DNA of 64,000 nucleotides from an uncultured Actinomycetota bacterium (GCA_963726755.1 CAVSDB010000001.1:1221668-1285667), one strand, 5' to 3'; positions 47,924 through 57,716 are shown, counted from the stretch's first letter. Made by a program: numbers and translations. The notes: generated by a model not told the origin, from the letters alone.

Positions 47924-48439
47924 TCAGTTCTCGATCTCACCGCGTGCCACCACGAAGTCGCGTAGTTCGCTCGTTTGCTTCGAGCAGTCCATCCAGTCAC
48001 CGGTGATGTCGAGCAGTGCCACGCCACAGGTTGGGTACTTGGTGGTCATTCGATCGAACGCCGCAGATGTGGTCCCGCTGCCGAGTTCGACCGCCAGGTC
48101 GCTGACACCCGGGACGTGCCCAACAACGACAAGAGTTGAGATTGCTGGCGAAACCTCACGAATCAACTCGAGGAGTCCTTCGCTCGTTGCCTCGTAGACC
48201 CGTGGTTCAACGCGAACCGACAAGTCCGTCGGCCACACCTCCCGCGCCAGCTCCCAGGTTTGCTGCGCTCTGACCGCCGTCGAGACAAGAACCAAATCGG
48301 GCGTCCCGAATACATCGTGAATGGCGGCTCCGACCTGCGGTGCGTCACGTCGTCCGCGAGCGGCCAACGGACGATCGTGGTCCGGTACACCCGCGGGATA
48401 CGCGGACTTTGCGTGACGAACCAGCGCGAGCGACCGCAT
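47924..48439 (-). CDS. Histidine phosphatase family protein (SixA-like)
   Basis: LALVRHAKSAYP...DHDRPLAARGRRDA and VVGHVPG. Confidence 0.8.
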   Translation of the reverse strand: MRSLALVRHAKSAYPAGVPDHDRPLAARGRRDAPQVGAAIHDVFGTPDLVLVSTAVRAQQTWELAREVWPTDLSVRVEPRVYEATSEGLLELIREVSPAISTLVVVGHVPGVSDLAVELGSGTTSAAFDRMTTKYPTCGVALLDITGDWMDCSKQTSELRDFVVARGEIEN

Positions 48440-48444
48440 GGCAG

Positions 48445-49212
48445 TTACGCCCCGATGGCGTGGACTCCGCCATCAACGTGAACGATCTCTCCTGTTGTCG
48501 CTGGGAACCAGTCAGACATCAGTGCGACGGCAGCCTTGGCCGCGGGCTCAGGGTCGGCCACGTCCCAACCGAGGGGCGCACGATCGGCCCAGACCTGCTC
48601 GAACTGGTCGAAGCCGGGGATGCTCTTAGCCGCCATGGTGCGGATCGGACCAGCCGCAACCAAGTTGACGCGGATACCACTGCTGCCGAGATCACGCGCG
48701 AGGTAACGCGACGTCGATTCGAAGGCGGCTTTCGCGACACCCATCCAGTCGTACGTCGGCCAAGCCACGGTGGCGTCGAACGTCAAACCAACCACGGTCG
48801 ATGGATTGGTGAGCATCGGTCGGCATGCGATGACGAGGGACTTGAGCGAGTATGCGGAGATCTGCATCGCGACGGCGACGTCCTCCCATGACGTGTTCAG
48901 AAAGTTGCCGCCGAGCGCACTCTCTGGTGCGAAGCCGATGGAGTGCAGCACGCCGTCAAGTTCGGTCAAGTGTGGCTTGACTCGATCAGGGACTGCCGCT
49001 AAGTCTTCATCAGACGTCACGTCGAGCTCGATGACCGGGGCTTCCTGCGGGAGTCTCTTAGAGATTCGCTGTGTGAGTCGCAGAGTGCGAGCCTGCGACG
49101 TGAGCACGATCTGCGCTCCCTGCTCCTGAGCGAGCCGCGCTACGTGAAACGCAATGGATGCGTCAGTAAGCACACCGGTGATCAACAGTCGCTTGCCGTC
49201 AAGCAACCCCAT
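48445..49212 (-). CDS. inhA: NADH-dependent enoyl-ACP reductase
   Basis: MGLLDGKRLLITGVLTDASIAFHVARLAQEQGAQIVLT closely parallels mycobacterial InhA. The catalytic Tyr/Lys region is YDWMGVAKAAFES. It lies downstream of fabG, as in the mabA-inhA operon. Confidence 0.9.
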   Translation of the reverse strand: MGLLDGKRLLITGVLTDASIAFHVARLAQEQGAQIVLTSQARTLRLTQRISKRLPQEAPVIELDVTSDEDLAAVPDRVKPHLTELDGVLHSIGFAPESALGGNFLNTSWEDVAVAMQISAYSLKSLVIACRPMLTNPSTVVGLTFDATVAWPTYDWMGVAKAAFESTSRYLARDLGSSGIRVNLVAAGPIRTMAAKSIPGFDQFEQVWADRAPLGWDVADPEPAAKAAVALMSDWFPATTGEIVHVDGGVHAIGA

Positions 49213-49266
49213 TGTCAGACTCCGATCCTCTTGGCGGGCCGTTCAATTGCGGATTCCGCATAGCAG

Positions 49267-49986
49267 TTAGTGACCCATCCCCAGTCCGCCGTCGACTGGG
49301 ATGACTGCCCCGGTGATGTAGGCAGCGGAGTCGCTGGCAAGGAACGTGACGACGCCTGCGACCTCACTCGGCTCGGCATAGCGACCAAGGGGAACCTGGC
49401 CCATGATCACTGCCTTGCGATCGTCGGACAGTTCTGCCGTCATGTCGGTTGCGACAAACCCGGGCGCTACGACGTTGGCGGTGATACCGCGCGAACCGAG
49501 CTCACGCGCGGTTGAGCGCGCGAAGCCGACCAGTGCTGCCTTCGACGCGGCGTAGTTCGTCTGACCCGCGGATCCGCTGAGACCAACGACCGAGGAGATG
49601 AAAATCATCCGACCGCGCTTCATGCGCAGCATCCCCTTGGCCGCCCGCTTTGCGACGCGGAACGAACCCATGACATTGGTCTGAAGCACTGCGTCGAAGT
49701 CCTCGTCGCTCATCCGAAGCAGCAACGTGTCTCTAGTGATCCCCGCATTGGCGACCAGGATCTCCACCGGACCTTGTTCGGCTTCGATGGCGGCGAACGC
49801 TTCGTCGAGCGACGCCGCGTCAGTCACGTCCGCCTTGACGCCGAATAGCCCATCGGGGGTGTCGCTCCCCCGGTGCGTAATTGCCACCTTGTCACCTAGG
49901 GCGGCAAAGGCCTTGGCGATCTCCAGCCCGATGCCCCGGTTGCCTCCGGTGACCAGCACTGACCGCGACACTGCTCCTCCAACCAT
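49267..49986 (-). CDS. fabG: 3-oxoacyl-ACP reductase (FabG1/MabA-like SDR)
   Basis: VLVTGGNRGIGLEIA, NAG, and the YAASKAAL catalytic motif. The start is ATG 49986 within ORF 49267..50016. Confidence 0.9.
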   Translation of the reverse strand: MVGGAVSRSVLVTGGNRGIGLEIAKAFAALGDKVAITHRGSDTPDGLFGVKADVTDAASLDEAFAAIEAEQGPVEILVANAGITRDTLLLRMSDEDFDAVLQTNVMGSFRVAKRAAKGMLRMKRGRMIFISSVVGLSGSAGQTNYAASKAALVGFARSTARELGSRGITANVVAPGFVATDMTAELSDDRKAVIMGQVPLGRYAEPSEVAGVVTFLASDSAAYITGAVIPVDGGLGMGH

Positions 49987-50106
49987 CGGCCCCCTACCTG
50001 GAGGTTCGCCGAGCACGCTATCGGCCTATCTTCGGTCTTGGACAGTCGAGGTAGGTTTGCTCTGCGGGTGTTCTTGCACCCGCTCTTGATCGCCTGGAGG
50101 TAGGTA

Positions 50107-51615
50107 GTGCCACATTCGATCGACGCCGAGTTCCTCGCGTTGCCGCTGAGCTCGCTAGCCGACGCCGCACTTCAACGGGCCAAGGACGCCGGAGCCAGTT
50201 ACGCCGCGTTTCGGGCCGAGCGGATCCTCAACCACGCGATACGACTGCGCGACGCCGAAGTTGAAGGCGTCAACGAGGACGAGAACGTCGGATTCTCGGT
50301 CCGGGTAATCGTCGACGGCACTTGGGGATTTGCCTCTGACGTTGAGCGAACACCCGAGGCAGCGGTCAGAGCAGCGGACCGCGCGGTGGCACTGGCGCGC
50401 ATCAGCCGCCCGGTGAACACCGAGCCGGTCGCCCTAGCCCCCGAACCGGTTCATGCCGACCAGACCTGGATCTCCAAATACGAGATCGACCCGTTCAGCG
50501 TGCCGGACGAAGAGAAGTTGGCGCACCTCATCGGCTGGAGCCGCAAAGTCCTCGACAGTCCTGGCGTCGACCACGTCGACCTTCAATTGCTCTCGGTCAA
50601 GGAGAACAAGTACTACCTGGACCTTGCCGGAACACAGACCACCCAGCAGCGAGTGCGACTGCATCCCAATCTCACGGCTGTTGCCATCGACAAAGACTCT
50701 GGCGCCTTCGAGACCATGAGCACCATCGCTCCCCCGGCCGGGCGTGGCTGGGAGTACCTCACAGGCGACGTCTGGAACTGGGACGAGGAACTCAGCCAAC
50801 TACCTGGCTGGTTGGCCGAGAAGTTGCATGCCCCGAGCTTCGAGCCGGGCCGCTATGACCTCGTCATCGACCCGAGCAACCTCTGGCTGACGATCCACGA
50901 ATCCGTCGGACACGCCACCGAGCTCGACAGGGCACTGGGGTACGAGGCGAACTACGCCGGGATGTCATTTGCGACCCCCGACAAACTTGGCACGCTTAAG
51001 TACGGTTCAGAGCACATGCATGTGACCGGCGACCGAACCGTCGACTACGGACTTTCCACCGTCGGCTTCGACGACGAGGGCGTCCAAACCCAACAGTTCG
51101 ACATCATCAAGGACGGCACGCTGGTCGGCTACCAACTCGATCGCCCCATCGCTGCCCGCTACGGCTACGACCGTTCCAACGGCTGCGCGTTCGCCGATTC
51201 GTCCGGGCACGTTCCCATCCAACGAATGGCCAACGTGTCACTGCAGCCGGCTGCGAACGGTCCAAGCACCGAAGAACTCATCAGTGGAGTGGACGACGGC
51301 TTGTACATTCTTGGCGACAAAAGCTGGTCCATCGATATGCAGCGCTACAACTTCCAGTTCACCGGTCAGCGATTCTTCAGAATCCGCAACGGCAAAATCG
51401 GCGAGCAGGTCAAGGATGTTGCGTACCAAGCCACGACGACCGACTTCTGGGGCTCGATGGCCGCGATCGGTGGCGAGCAGACGTATCTGCTCGGGGGTGC
51501 ATTCAACTGCGGCAAGGCCCAACCTGGTCAGGTCGCTCCAGTCAGTCACGGCGCACCAGCGGCGTTGTTCACCAACATAAATGTGCTCAATACGGCCGAG
51601 GAGGGGGCTCGATGA
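50107..51615 (+). CDS. tldD: TldD-family metalloprotease
   Basis: The HExxxH-type motif is HESVGHATELD. 502 aa, with a 4-nt overlap with the downstream paralogue. Confidence 0.9.
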   Translation: MPHSIDAEFLALPLSSLADAALQRAKDAGASYAAFRAERILNHAIRLRDAEVEGVNEDENVGFSVRVIVDGTWGFASDVERTPEAAVRAADRAVALARISRPVNTEPVALAPEPVHADQTWISKYEIDPFSVPDEEKLAHLIGWSRKVLDSPGVDHVDLQLLSVKENKYYLDLAGTQTTQQRVRLHPNLTAVAIDKDSGAFETMSTIAPPAGRGWEYLTGDVWNWDEELSQLPGWLAEKLHAPSFEPGRYDLVIDPSNLWLTIHESVGHATELDRALGYEANYAGMSFATPDKLGTLKYGSEHMHVTGDRTVDYGLSTVGFDDEGVQTQQFDIIKDGTLVGYQLDRPIAARYGYDRSNGCAFADSSGHVPIQRMANVSLQPAANGPSTEELISGVDDGLYILGDKSWSIDMQRYNFQFTGQRFFRIRNGKIGEQVKDVAYQATTTDFWGSMAAIGGEQTYLLGGAFNCGKAQPGQVAPVSHGAPAALFTNINVLNTAEEGAR

Positions 51616-52991
51616 AGCCGCAGGAGATCATCGAGTCCGCACTGTCGCGTTCGACGGTCGACGGCTGCACCGTCATCGTCCGAGATCGCAGCGCCGCTAA
51701 CTTGCGATGGGCTGCCAACACTCTCACCACTAACGGCGTCCACCAAAGCACCGAGGCAACCGTCATCGCCTTCGTCAACACAACTGGCGGGACGGCAACC
51801 GGGGTCTACAGCGGAGTGGTCGCTGACCAGGCTGACCTCGACCGCCTAGTGAGCGCAGCTGAGTCGAGTGCCAAATCAGCAACGGCCGCCCCCGATGCCA
51901 ACCCACTGATCACCGACCGGACATCGCCAGACTTTGCCGAAGCTCCGATTCCTACGTCTGCCGCCGTGTTCGAACGATTCGCTCCCGAACTCGGTGAGGC
52001 GTTCGCCAAGTCAGGCGCTGCTGGACGTGAACTGTTCGGTTTCGCCGAGCATGAGGTCGCCACGACGTACGTCGGGTCGAGTTCGGGCTTGCGATTGCGA
52101 CATGTCCAACCGACAGGACGCGTCGACATCACCGGTAAATCCGCGAACCGAACGCGCTCAACCTGGGTCGGAGCGCAAACCCGTGACTTCACTGACATCC
52201 AGGTTGCAGACCTCGAGGCAGACGTTGCCCAGCGTCTTGGTTGGGCGGAGCGTTCGATCGACCTGCCCCCAGCGCGCTACGACGTCATCGTTCCCCCGGT
52301 CGCTGTTGCCGACCTGATGATTTACCAGTACTGGACAGGTGCCGCACGCGACGCCGCCGAAGGCCGCACCGTGTTCAGTAAGCCGGGCGGCGGCACTCGC
52401 ATCGGGGACAAGCTCACCGAGCAACCACTCACCCTGTACAGCGACCCGGCGTACCCAGGAATGGGATGTGAGCCGTTCGTCGTCGCCGAAGCGTCGAGTT
52501 CGCTCTCATCGGTGTTCGACAACGGGCTTGAACTCAATCGCACCGACTGGGTCTCGGATGGAACGTTGGCGGCTCTCGGACAGACCCGGCACAGCGCGGC
52601 GCTCACCGACCTCGCGGTAACACCGATGATCGACAACCTCGTGCTCGAGCACGCCAACGGCGCGGGCTCGATGATGGACTTGGTCGCTGGAGTTGAACGA
52701 GGGCTGTTGCTGACGACTCTCTGGTACATCCGCGAGGTTGATCCGCAGACCTTGCTGCTCACCGGTCTGACACGTGACGGCGTCTACCTGATCGAAGGCG
52801 GCGAGATTTCGGGCGTGGTCAACAACTTCCGGTTCAACGAAAGCCCTGTCGACTTGTTGAGCCGGGTCACCGGCGCCAGCGCTACCAACCGTTGCCTCGA
52901 CCGCGAGTGGAGCGACTTCTTCACCCGTACTGCGATGCCGGCCTTGCGCGTGGCCGACTTCAACATGTCGACGGTCAGCCAAGCGTCTTAG
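51612..52991 (+). CDS. TldE/PmbA-family protein (partner of TldD)
   Basis: 459 aa with the TldD/PmbA fold but no HExxxH motif, translationally coupled to tldD. Confidence 0.85.
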   Translation: MKPQEIIESALSRSTVDGCTVIVRDRSAANLRWAANTLTTNGVHQSTEATVIAFVNTTGGTATGVYSGVVADQADLDRLVSAAESSAKSATAAPDANPLITDRTSPDFAEAPIPTSAAVFERFAPELGEAFAKSGAAGRELFGFAEHEVATTYVGSSSGLRLRHVQPTGRVDITGKSANRTRSTWVGAQTRDFTDIQVADLEADVAQRLGWAERSIDLPPARYDVIVPPVAVADLMIYQYWTGAARDAAEGRTVFSKPGGGTRIGDKLTEQPLTLYSDPAYPGMGCEPFVVAEASSSLSSVFDNGLELNRTDWVSDGTLAALGQTRHSAALTDLAVTPMIDNLVLEHANGAGSMMDLVAGVERGLLLTTLWYIREVDPQTLLLTGLTRDGVYLIEGGEISGVVNNFRFNESPVDLLSRVTGASATNRCLDREWSDFFTRTAMPALRVADFNMSTVSQAS

Positions 52992-53128
52992 TCTCCACCG
53001 TCAGCTTGCTCCACGATGTTTTCCCCGATAGTGAGGTTGACGTTCATGTCGTTGCCTCCGACGACTTCGTAGTCGACGTCGACGAGCACCAGAGTCGCTG
53101 CAACGGCCCTGATGTGCTCAGTCGTCAT
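52988..53128 (-). CDS. Hypothetical 46-aa acidic protein
   Basis: MTTEHIRAVAATLVLVDVDYEVVGGNDMNVNLTIGENIVEQADGGD. The ATG lies 7 nt after the dodecin stop, and codon third positions are mostly G/C. There is no homology evidence. Confidence 0.3.
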   Translation of the reverse strand: MTTEHIRAVAATLVLVDVDYEVVGGNDMNVNLTIGENIVEQADGGD

Positions 53129-53135
53129 GTCCGAG

Positions 53136-53348
53136 TTATGAGTCCTCAAGTCGGAAGCCGACCTTGATACCGACCTGCCAGTGCTGAACGTCACCGTCGG
53201 TGATTTGTCCGCGGACCTGGGTTACCTCGAACCAGTCGAGGTGACGCAAGGTCTCGGATGCACGTTTGATGCCGTTGCGAACGGCGTCGTCCACCCCGTC
53301 GGTCGAAGTTCCGACGATCTCGGTTACTCGGTAAGTACGGTTGGCCAC
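53136..53348 (-). CDS. Dodecin family flavin-binding protein
   Basis: 70 aa reading YRVTEIVGTSTDGVDDAVRNGIKRASETLRHLDWFEV...W.V..KVGFRLE, which is the canonical dodecin pattern. Confidence 0.9.
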   Translation of the reverse strand: MANRTYRVTEIVGTSTDGVDDAVRNGIKRASETLRHLDWFEVTQVRGQITDGDVQHWQVGIKVGFRLEDS

Positions 53349-53472
53349 GATTCCTCCTGTGTTGGCTGCTTGGTCATGATCCTCTAACTACGACCAATGA
53401 CACCAGGAGAGAACAAAGTCGCTCAGGATGGCCGAAAGTCGGCAGCAGACGTAGCGTAGGGGTAGAGGAGGC

Positions 53473-53769
53473 GTGATGAGAGGACGACCAGACCCGACCG
53501 TTCACCGAATCACGACCGCTCGCAAGAGCGTGGCCGAAGACCAGGCCACCAGAGTTCGCGGCTACGCCATCTCCATGTCGATCCGAATCGTCTGCTTCGC
53601 CCTCGCCCTCGTCGCCGGTGGCTGGCTGCGCTGGGTCTTTGTCGCTTGCGCCCTGCTGATTCCGTATTTCGCGGTGATCTACGCCAACGGCGGGCGTGAG
53701 CCCAACAGCGACCCACCGGTGAGCATGCGTCCGACTGGGAACAAGGAACTCCCCCAGGCGCCCAGTTAA
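53473..53769 (+). CDS. DUF3099-family membrane protein
   Basis: ITTARKSVAEDQATRVRGYAISMSIRIVCFALALV...IPYFAVIYANGGRE, with two TM helices. Confidence 0.75.
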   Translation: MMRGRPDPTVHRITTARKSVAEDQATRVRGYAISMSIRIVCFALALVAGGWLRWVFVACALLIPYFAVIYANGGREPNSDPPVSMRPTGNKELPQAPS

Positions 53770-53872
53770 CAGTTGTTCGGAATTGAACGCTGGGACCACT
53801 AATTCTGCACGCGGCTACCCCTTCGTGTGCGCAATTGCGTGCGTCAGCGAACAATTCCGAACACTTGTTGCG
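53768..53872. repeat. Intergenic structured repeat, copy A (about 105 nt, inverted termini)
   Basis: The left end is ACAGTTGTTCGGAATTG and the right end CAATTCCGAACACTTGT, which are near-perfect inverted repeats. The central block is CCCCTTCGTGTGCGCAATTGCG. It starts at the DUF3099 stop codon. Confidence 0.7.
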
Positions 53873-53926
53873 TTGAAGGAGACGCCGGGCTAGCTGCTTT
53901 GCTGACACCTTCATCAAGCACCACGT

Positions 53927-54031
53927 AACGGTTGTGCGAAGTAGTGCGTCAGAACGGTCAATTCCGCACCCACGTACCCCTTCGTGTGCGCATTTGCGCC
54001 CTCACGCGATCAATTTTGAACATATGTTGCG
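53927..54031. repeat. Intergenic structured repeat, copy B (degenerate termini)
   Basis: Collinear with copy A: AACGGTTGTGCGAAGT...AATTCCGCAC...CCCCTTCGTGTGCGCATTTGCG...CAATTTTGAACATATGTTGCG. It ends 21 nt before the moaA stop. Confidence 0.65.
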
Positions 54032-54052
54032 GTGGATGAGCTACAGCGCGGG

Positions 54053-55048
54053 CTAGCCGCCGATCGCTGACATCGGACGTGGCGGCTGCAGGAAAGTCGG
54101 TTCGCCGATTCCATGGCCGGCTCGTTTGGCGATCAGGCACTCGCGCATCAGCGCGACAACCGCGTCGTCGGACGCCCCCTGACGCATTGGTCCACGCAGG
54201 TCAGTTTCGTCTTTCGCAAACAGGCAGTTGCGAAGTTGCCCGTCAGCGGTGAGGCGCACGCGATCGCAGGCTTGGCAGAACGGCCGAGTGACCGATCCGA
54301 TGATGCCCACGACCCCTTCGGCACCGGTCGACCGATCACGCACCGTCCATCGCTCGGCCGGCTCGCTTCCGCGGCTTTCGTCGTGGGGGGTCAACTCCAA
54401 CGATTCAGACAGCGCCGCCACAATCTCGTCTGCGGTCACCATCTCTTCTCGCGACCAACCGTGTTGTGGGTCGAGCGGCATCTGCTCGATAAAGCGCAGC
54501 TGCACCCCCTTGGCCAACGCCCAGCGCGTGAGCGGCAGCGCCTCGTCGTCGTTAACGCCACGCATCAGCACGGTGTTGATTTTGACCGGAGCCAATCCCG
54601 CTGCCAGCGCGGCGTCGATACCAGCGAACACTCGCTCGATTCGATCGCGTCTGGTGAGGGTCGCGAACCGTTCGCGGTCCAGGGTGTCGAGCGAGACATT
54701 GATGCGTTTCAGTCCGGCGTCGCGCAATCGCACCGCTCGGTTGTCGAGCCCGATGCCGTTCGTCGTCAACGAGATGCTGGGGGCCGACGGCAGGGACGAA
54801 ACCGCAGCGATGATCTCTTCAAGGTCCACGCGAAGCAGGGGTTCACCACCGGTGAAGCGAACCTCAGTTACGCCCTCGTCGACCGCCAGTGCGATGACGC
54901 GCACAATCTCGGCCGCCGACAGCACCTGCTCTGAGGGCGTCCAGTCCAGCCCCTCAGCCGGCATGCAATACGTGCAGCGCAGATTGCAGCGGTCCGTCAG
55001 GGAAACCCGGAGGTCAGTGGCGACCCGGCCGAACCTATCGGCGAGCAC
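54053..55048 (-). CDS. moaA: GTP 3',8-cyclase (radical SAM)
   Basis: The CxxxCxxC motif is DRCNLRCTYCMP, and the C-terminal second cluster is FCQACDRVRLTADG. Confidence 0.9.
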   Translation of the reverse strand: MLADRFGRVATDLRVSLTDRCNLRCTYCMPAEGLDWTPSEQVLSAAEIVRVIALAVDEGVTEVRFTGGEPLLRVDLEEIIAAVSSLPSAPSISLTTNGIGLDNRAVRLRDAGLKRINVSLDTLDRERFATLTRRDRIERVFAGIDAALAAGLAPVKINTVLMRGVNDDEALPLTRWALAKGVQLRFIEQMPLDPQHGWSREEMVTADEIVAALSESLELTPHDESRGSEPAERWTVRDRSTGAEGVVGIIGSVTRPFCQACDRVRLTADGQLRNCLFAKDETDLRGPMRQGASDDAVVALMRECLIAKRAGHGIGEPTFLQPPRPMSAIGG

Positions 55049-55168
55049 ACGACCTCCAAGGACAACTCACGACTAACTATTGGCACCCGGCTGGTTGGCT
55101 AGGCGGCTACTACCCACAGTAGACGCCCGGGGGCGCAACCGCCTGATCGCTGCTATTACCGTCAAGGG

Positions 55169-55922
55169 GTGCTGAGACTGCTCCGGACCCGTCGATGGGT
55201 CCTGCTATTGCTGGGAGTAGCCGTCATCAGCGTGCTGTGCGTCTTCCTAGGTCGCTGGCAGTGGCACCGGCACGTCGATCGCCGGGCACTGGCCCTCGAG
55301 GCTGACGCAGCCATGGCCCACCCTGCCTCCCCCGTAGGTGAGGTGCTCTCCCCCGACGTCCCTGTCGATGGCACCACCCAGTTCCGCGACGTGACGTTGA
55401 CCGGTACCTACGACGCCGCCCATCAGGTCTTGTGGCGTAACCCGAACGGTCGTGGGGGCTACGACGTCATCACACCGCTCGAGCCCGACAACGGTCCGGC
55501 CCTGCTGATCAACCGCGGTTGGGTGGGGTTCTCGACCACAGACCCACTCGCGCCAGCTTCCGACGTCACACCGCCCACCGGACCGGTTGAAGTAACCGCG
55601 CGGCTGCGGATCGACGCTCCGCTCGACGGACGAACCGCGCCGCAGGGCCAGGTGTACTCGGTGACGAGCGACCAACTGGCCGACACGTTCCCCTATGCGA
55701 TCTATCGCGGTTACGCCGAACTCGTGGCGCAGAGTCCTGCTGCCGATCCAGCTATTGAATTGCCGGAAGTCAGCGCACCCGAGCCTCGGTCCGCACCAGC
55801 TGTACGCCTACCAGTGGTGGATCTTCTCGGTGATGGTGTGGATTGGCTTCGTACTGCTCTTACGTCGAGACGCCGCAGACGAGCGATCCGGCAACAGCGT
55901 CGAGTTGGACGTTCAGACCTAA
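55169..55922 (+). pseudogene. SURF1-family cytochrome oxidase assembly protein, frame-disrupted at about 55763-55768
   Basis: ORF 55169..55933 is SURF1-like (LGRWQWHRH...LINRGWV) up to AIELPEVS. The conserved C-terminal TM GPHQLYAYQWWIFSVMVWIGFVLLLRR lies in frame +1 (ORF 55695..55922). Confidence 0.8.
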
Positions 55923-56774
55923 CAGAACACTGAGTTGGATGGGGCCGTGACCGATCCCGAAGCCAGCGACGACTGGTACGTCGAGGTCCGACAGCCGATC
56001 TCGCAAAACTGGTTGCACGTCGCCACAGTCGATGAAGGAACCCAGCGCAACGCCGCGCACTCCGTCGAACCAACCACTGCGTCGTAGCTGGGTGAGCAAC
56101 CGGTCGATCCGGTACGGCGACTCGGACACGTCCTCGAGGACAACGATGGCGCCGTCCGCGTTCACCGACTCTGGTGTGCCGATGCTTGAGGCGAGCATCG
56201 TGAGGTTGCCACCGCGCAGCACCCCTGTCGCAGTCCCAGGTGTCATGACTGGGCCGTCGGCGGTCAGTAGCACCGGGCCACTCTCGCCGAAGAGCAGATT
56301 GCGCAGGGCCACAACGGACGCGTCGTCAGGCGTTGCAGCCGTGAACATCTCGCTGGCCGCCATCGGGCCGAGTATCGAAGCCATACCGAGGTGGTGAGCG
56401 ACCGCCTCATGCAACGCGGTGATGTCGCTGGAGCCCACCAACCATGTCGGTTCGGCTGATGCGAGCGTCGGCCAGTCCACGAGGTCGATCACCCGGCTCG
56501 AGCCATAGCCACCTCGCGCGCAGATCACCGCCCGAACCGATGGCGACTGAAGTGCTGCCTGCAGATCCGACGCGCGGTCTTGATCGTGACCTGCCAGATA
56601 GCCCAGTGGACCGCTGTCGACCACGTGCGGCATCACCGTCACCTCAAGTCCCCAGGTCCGTAATCGCGCCACCCCCTGGGCGAGTCGGCCCTGATCAACC
56701 GGACCAGCGGGCGCCACGATCGCCACCTCGTCGCCCTGTCTTAGGGCACGTGGGACACGATGGGCAGCAGGCAT
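55860..56774 (-). CDS. LD-carboxypeptidase (peptidase S66)
   Basis: VAIVAPAGPVD, ICARGGYGSSR, the nucleophile region VGSSDITALH, and EDVSESPYRIDR. The start is ATG 56774; the longer ORF to 57512 is an antisense shadow of the SDR gene. Confidence 0.8.
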   Translation of the reverse strand: MPAAHRVPRALRQGDEVAIVAPAGPVDQGRLAQGVARLRTWGLEVTVMPHVVDSGPLGYLAGHDQDRASDLQAALQSPSVRAVICARGGYGSSRVIDLVDWPTLASAEPTWLVGSSDITALHEAVAHHLGMASILGPMAASEMFTAATPDDASVVALRNLLFGESGPVLLTADGPVMTPGTATGVLRGGNLTMLASSIGTPESVNADGAIVVLEDVSESPYRIDRLLTQLRRSGWFDGVRGVALGSFIDCGDVQPVLRDRLSDLDVPVVAGFGIGHGPIQLSVLLGLNVQLDAVAGSLVCGVST

Positions 56775-56934
56775 GCCGTTGACCCTGCCAGAACCGGTGT
56801 CGCACGGGGTCAGCAACTGTCGACAGGTCGTCCGAGTGGCGTCTCGCCCAGGGCCAATGAAGGTGACAGGCTGACTGCCGTCACTGGGATTGGCTGAAGC
56901 CGTCGTCCCGGGACTGACGAACGAAGGGGCAGGG

Positions 56935-57699
56935 ATGGATCTCGGCCTGGCCGATCGGGTCTTTGTGATCACCGGCGGCAGCAGTGGACTCGGCTTCGCC
57001 ACGGCGCGCGTCCTGGTAGGCGAGGGTGCCCGGGTCGTGCTGGCGGCCCGCGACGCCGAACGTGTGAACGGCGCGGCCAGCGAACTCGGCGGCCCTGACG
57101 TAGCTTTCGGCGTTCCCACAGACCTCGCCGTAGCAGGGGCCGAAGAACGGTTGGTCGCCGCGGCCGTCGCCCGCTTCGGACGCTTGGACGGCGCCTTGAT
57201 CAGTTGCGGCGGACCGCCCCCCAGCCCGGTGTCGACTACGACCGACGACGCGTGGCGGGCCGCGTTCGAGAGTGTCTTCCTCGGCTCGGTTCGGGCTGCC
57301 AACGCCGTGGCCAGTGCCATCGGGCACGACGGTGGCGCGATCAGTTTCGTGCTGAGTTCATCGGCTCGCGAGCCAATCCCAGGGCTATCGCTGTCGAACG
57401 GTCTGCGTCCTGGTCTGGCTGGTGTCGTCAAAGACCTCGCGGACGAACTAGCTCCGCGCGGGATCCGGGTGAACGGACTGCTTCCTGGCCGAATCAGTAC
57501 CGCCCGAACCATCGAGCTCGACGGTAAGGCGGGGCGCGGCGACGTGGCGCGGCGACGTCGAGAGTCCGAGATCCCGCTCGGGCGCTACGGAGATCCGATC
57601 GAGTTCGCCATGGTTGCCGCGTTCACCTTGTCGGCGGCAGCTTCGTACGTGACAGGGTCGTTGATTCCGATCGATGGTGGCGCGCACCGCTCGCTCTAG
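56935..57699 (+). CDS. SDR family oxidoreductase
   Basis: The Rossmann motif is VFVITGGSSGLGFATA. The start is ATG 56935 (MDLGLADR). Confidence 0.85.
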   Translation: MDLGLADRVFVITGGSSGLGFATARVLVGEGARVVLAARDAERVNGAASELGGPDVAFGVPTDLAVAGAEERLVAAAVARFGRLDGALISCGGPPPSPVSTTTDDAWRAAFESVFLGSVRAANAVASAIGHDGGAISFVLSSSAREPIPGLSLSNGLRPGLAGVVKDLADELAPRGIRVNGLLPGRISTARTIELDGKAGRGDVARRRRESEIPLGRYGDPIEFAMVAAFTLSAAASYVTGSLIPIDGGAHRSL

Positions 57700-57716
57700 C
57701 TCACGCCCACCCTCGC

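Noticed and set aside
49213-49266. The palindrome TGCGGAtTCCGCA in the fabG-inhA spacer as a fourth member of the intergenic repeat family.
   Set aside because: It shares only a GCGGA(A)TT-like hexamer with the repeat ends. It has none of the core CCCCTTCGTGTGCGC block or the terminal TTGTTGCG.
53768-54031. A CRISPR array, considered because two similar units of about 105 nt lie close together.
   Set aside because: There are only two units, they are far longer than CRISPR repeats, and they are imperfectly conserved. The roughly 54-nt interval is itself part of a duplicated unit. No cas genes are nearby.
55049-55168. A Moco riboswitch in the moaA 5' region.
   Set aside because: I could not identify the conserved Moco-motif helices or loops by eye in the 120-nt divergent spacer. 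The motif is also uncommon in this phylum, to my knowledge.
55860-55922. The 63-nt convergent overlap of the SURF1 and LD-carboxypeptidase 3' ends as a regulatory antisense arrangement.
   Set aside because: SURF1 is already frame-disrupted, and either C-terminus could be mis-set by another indel. The overlap is too uncertain to interpret.
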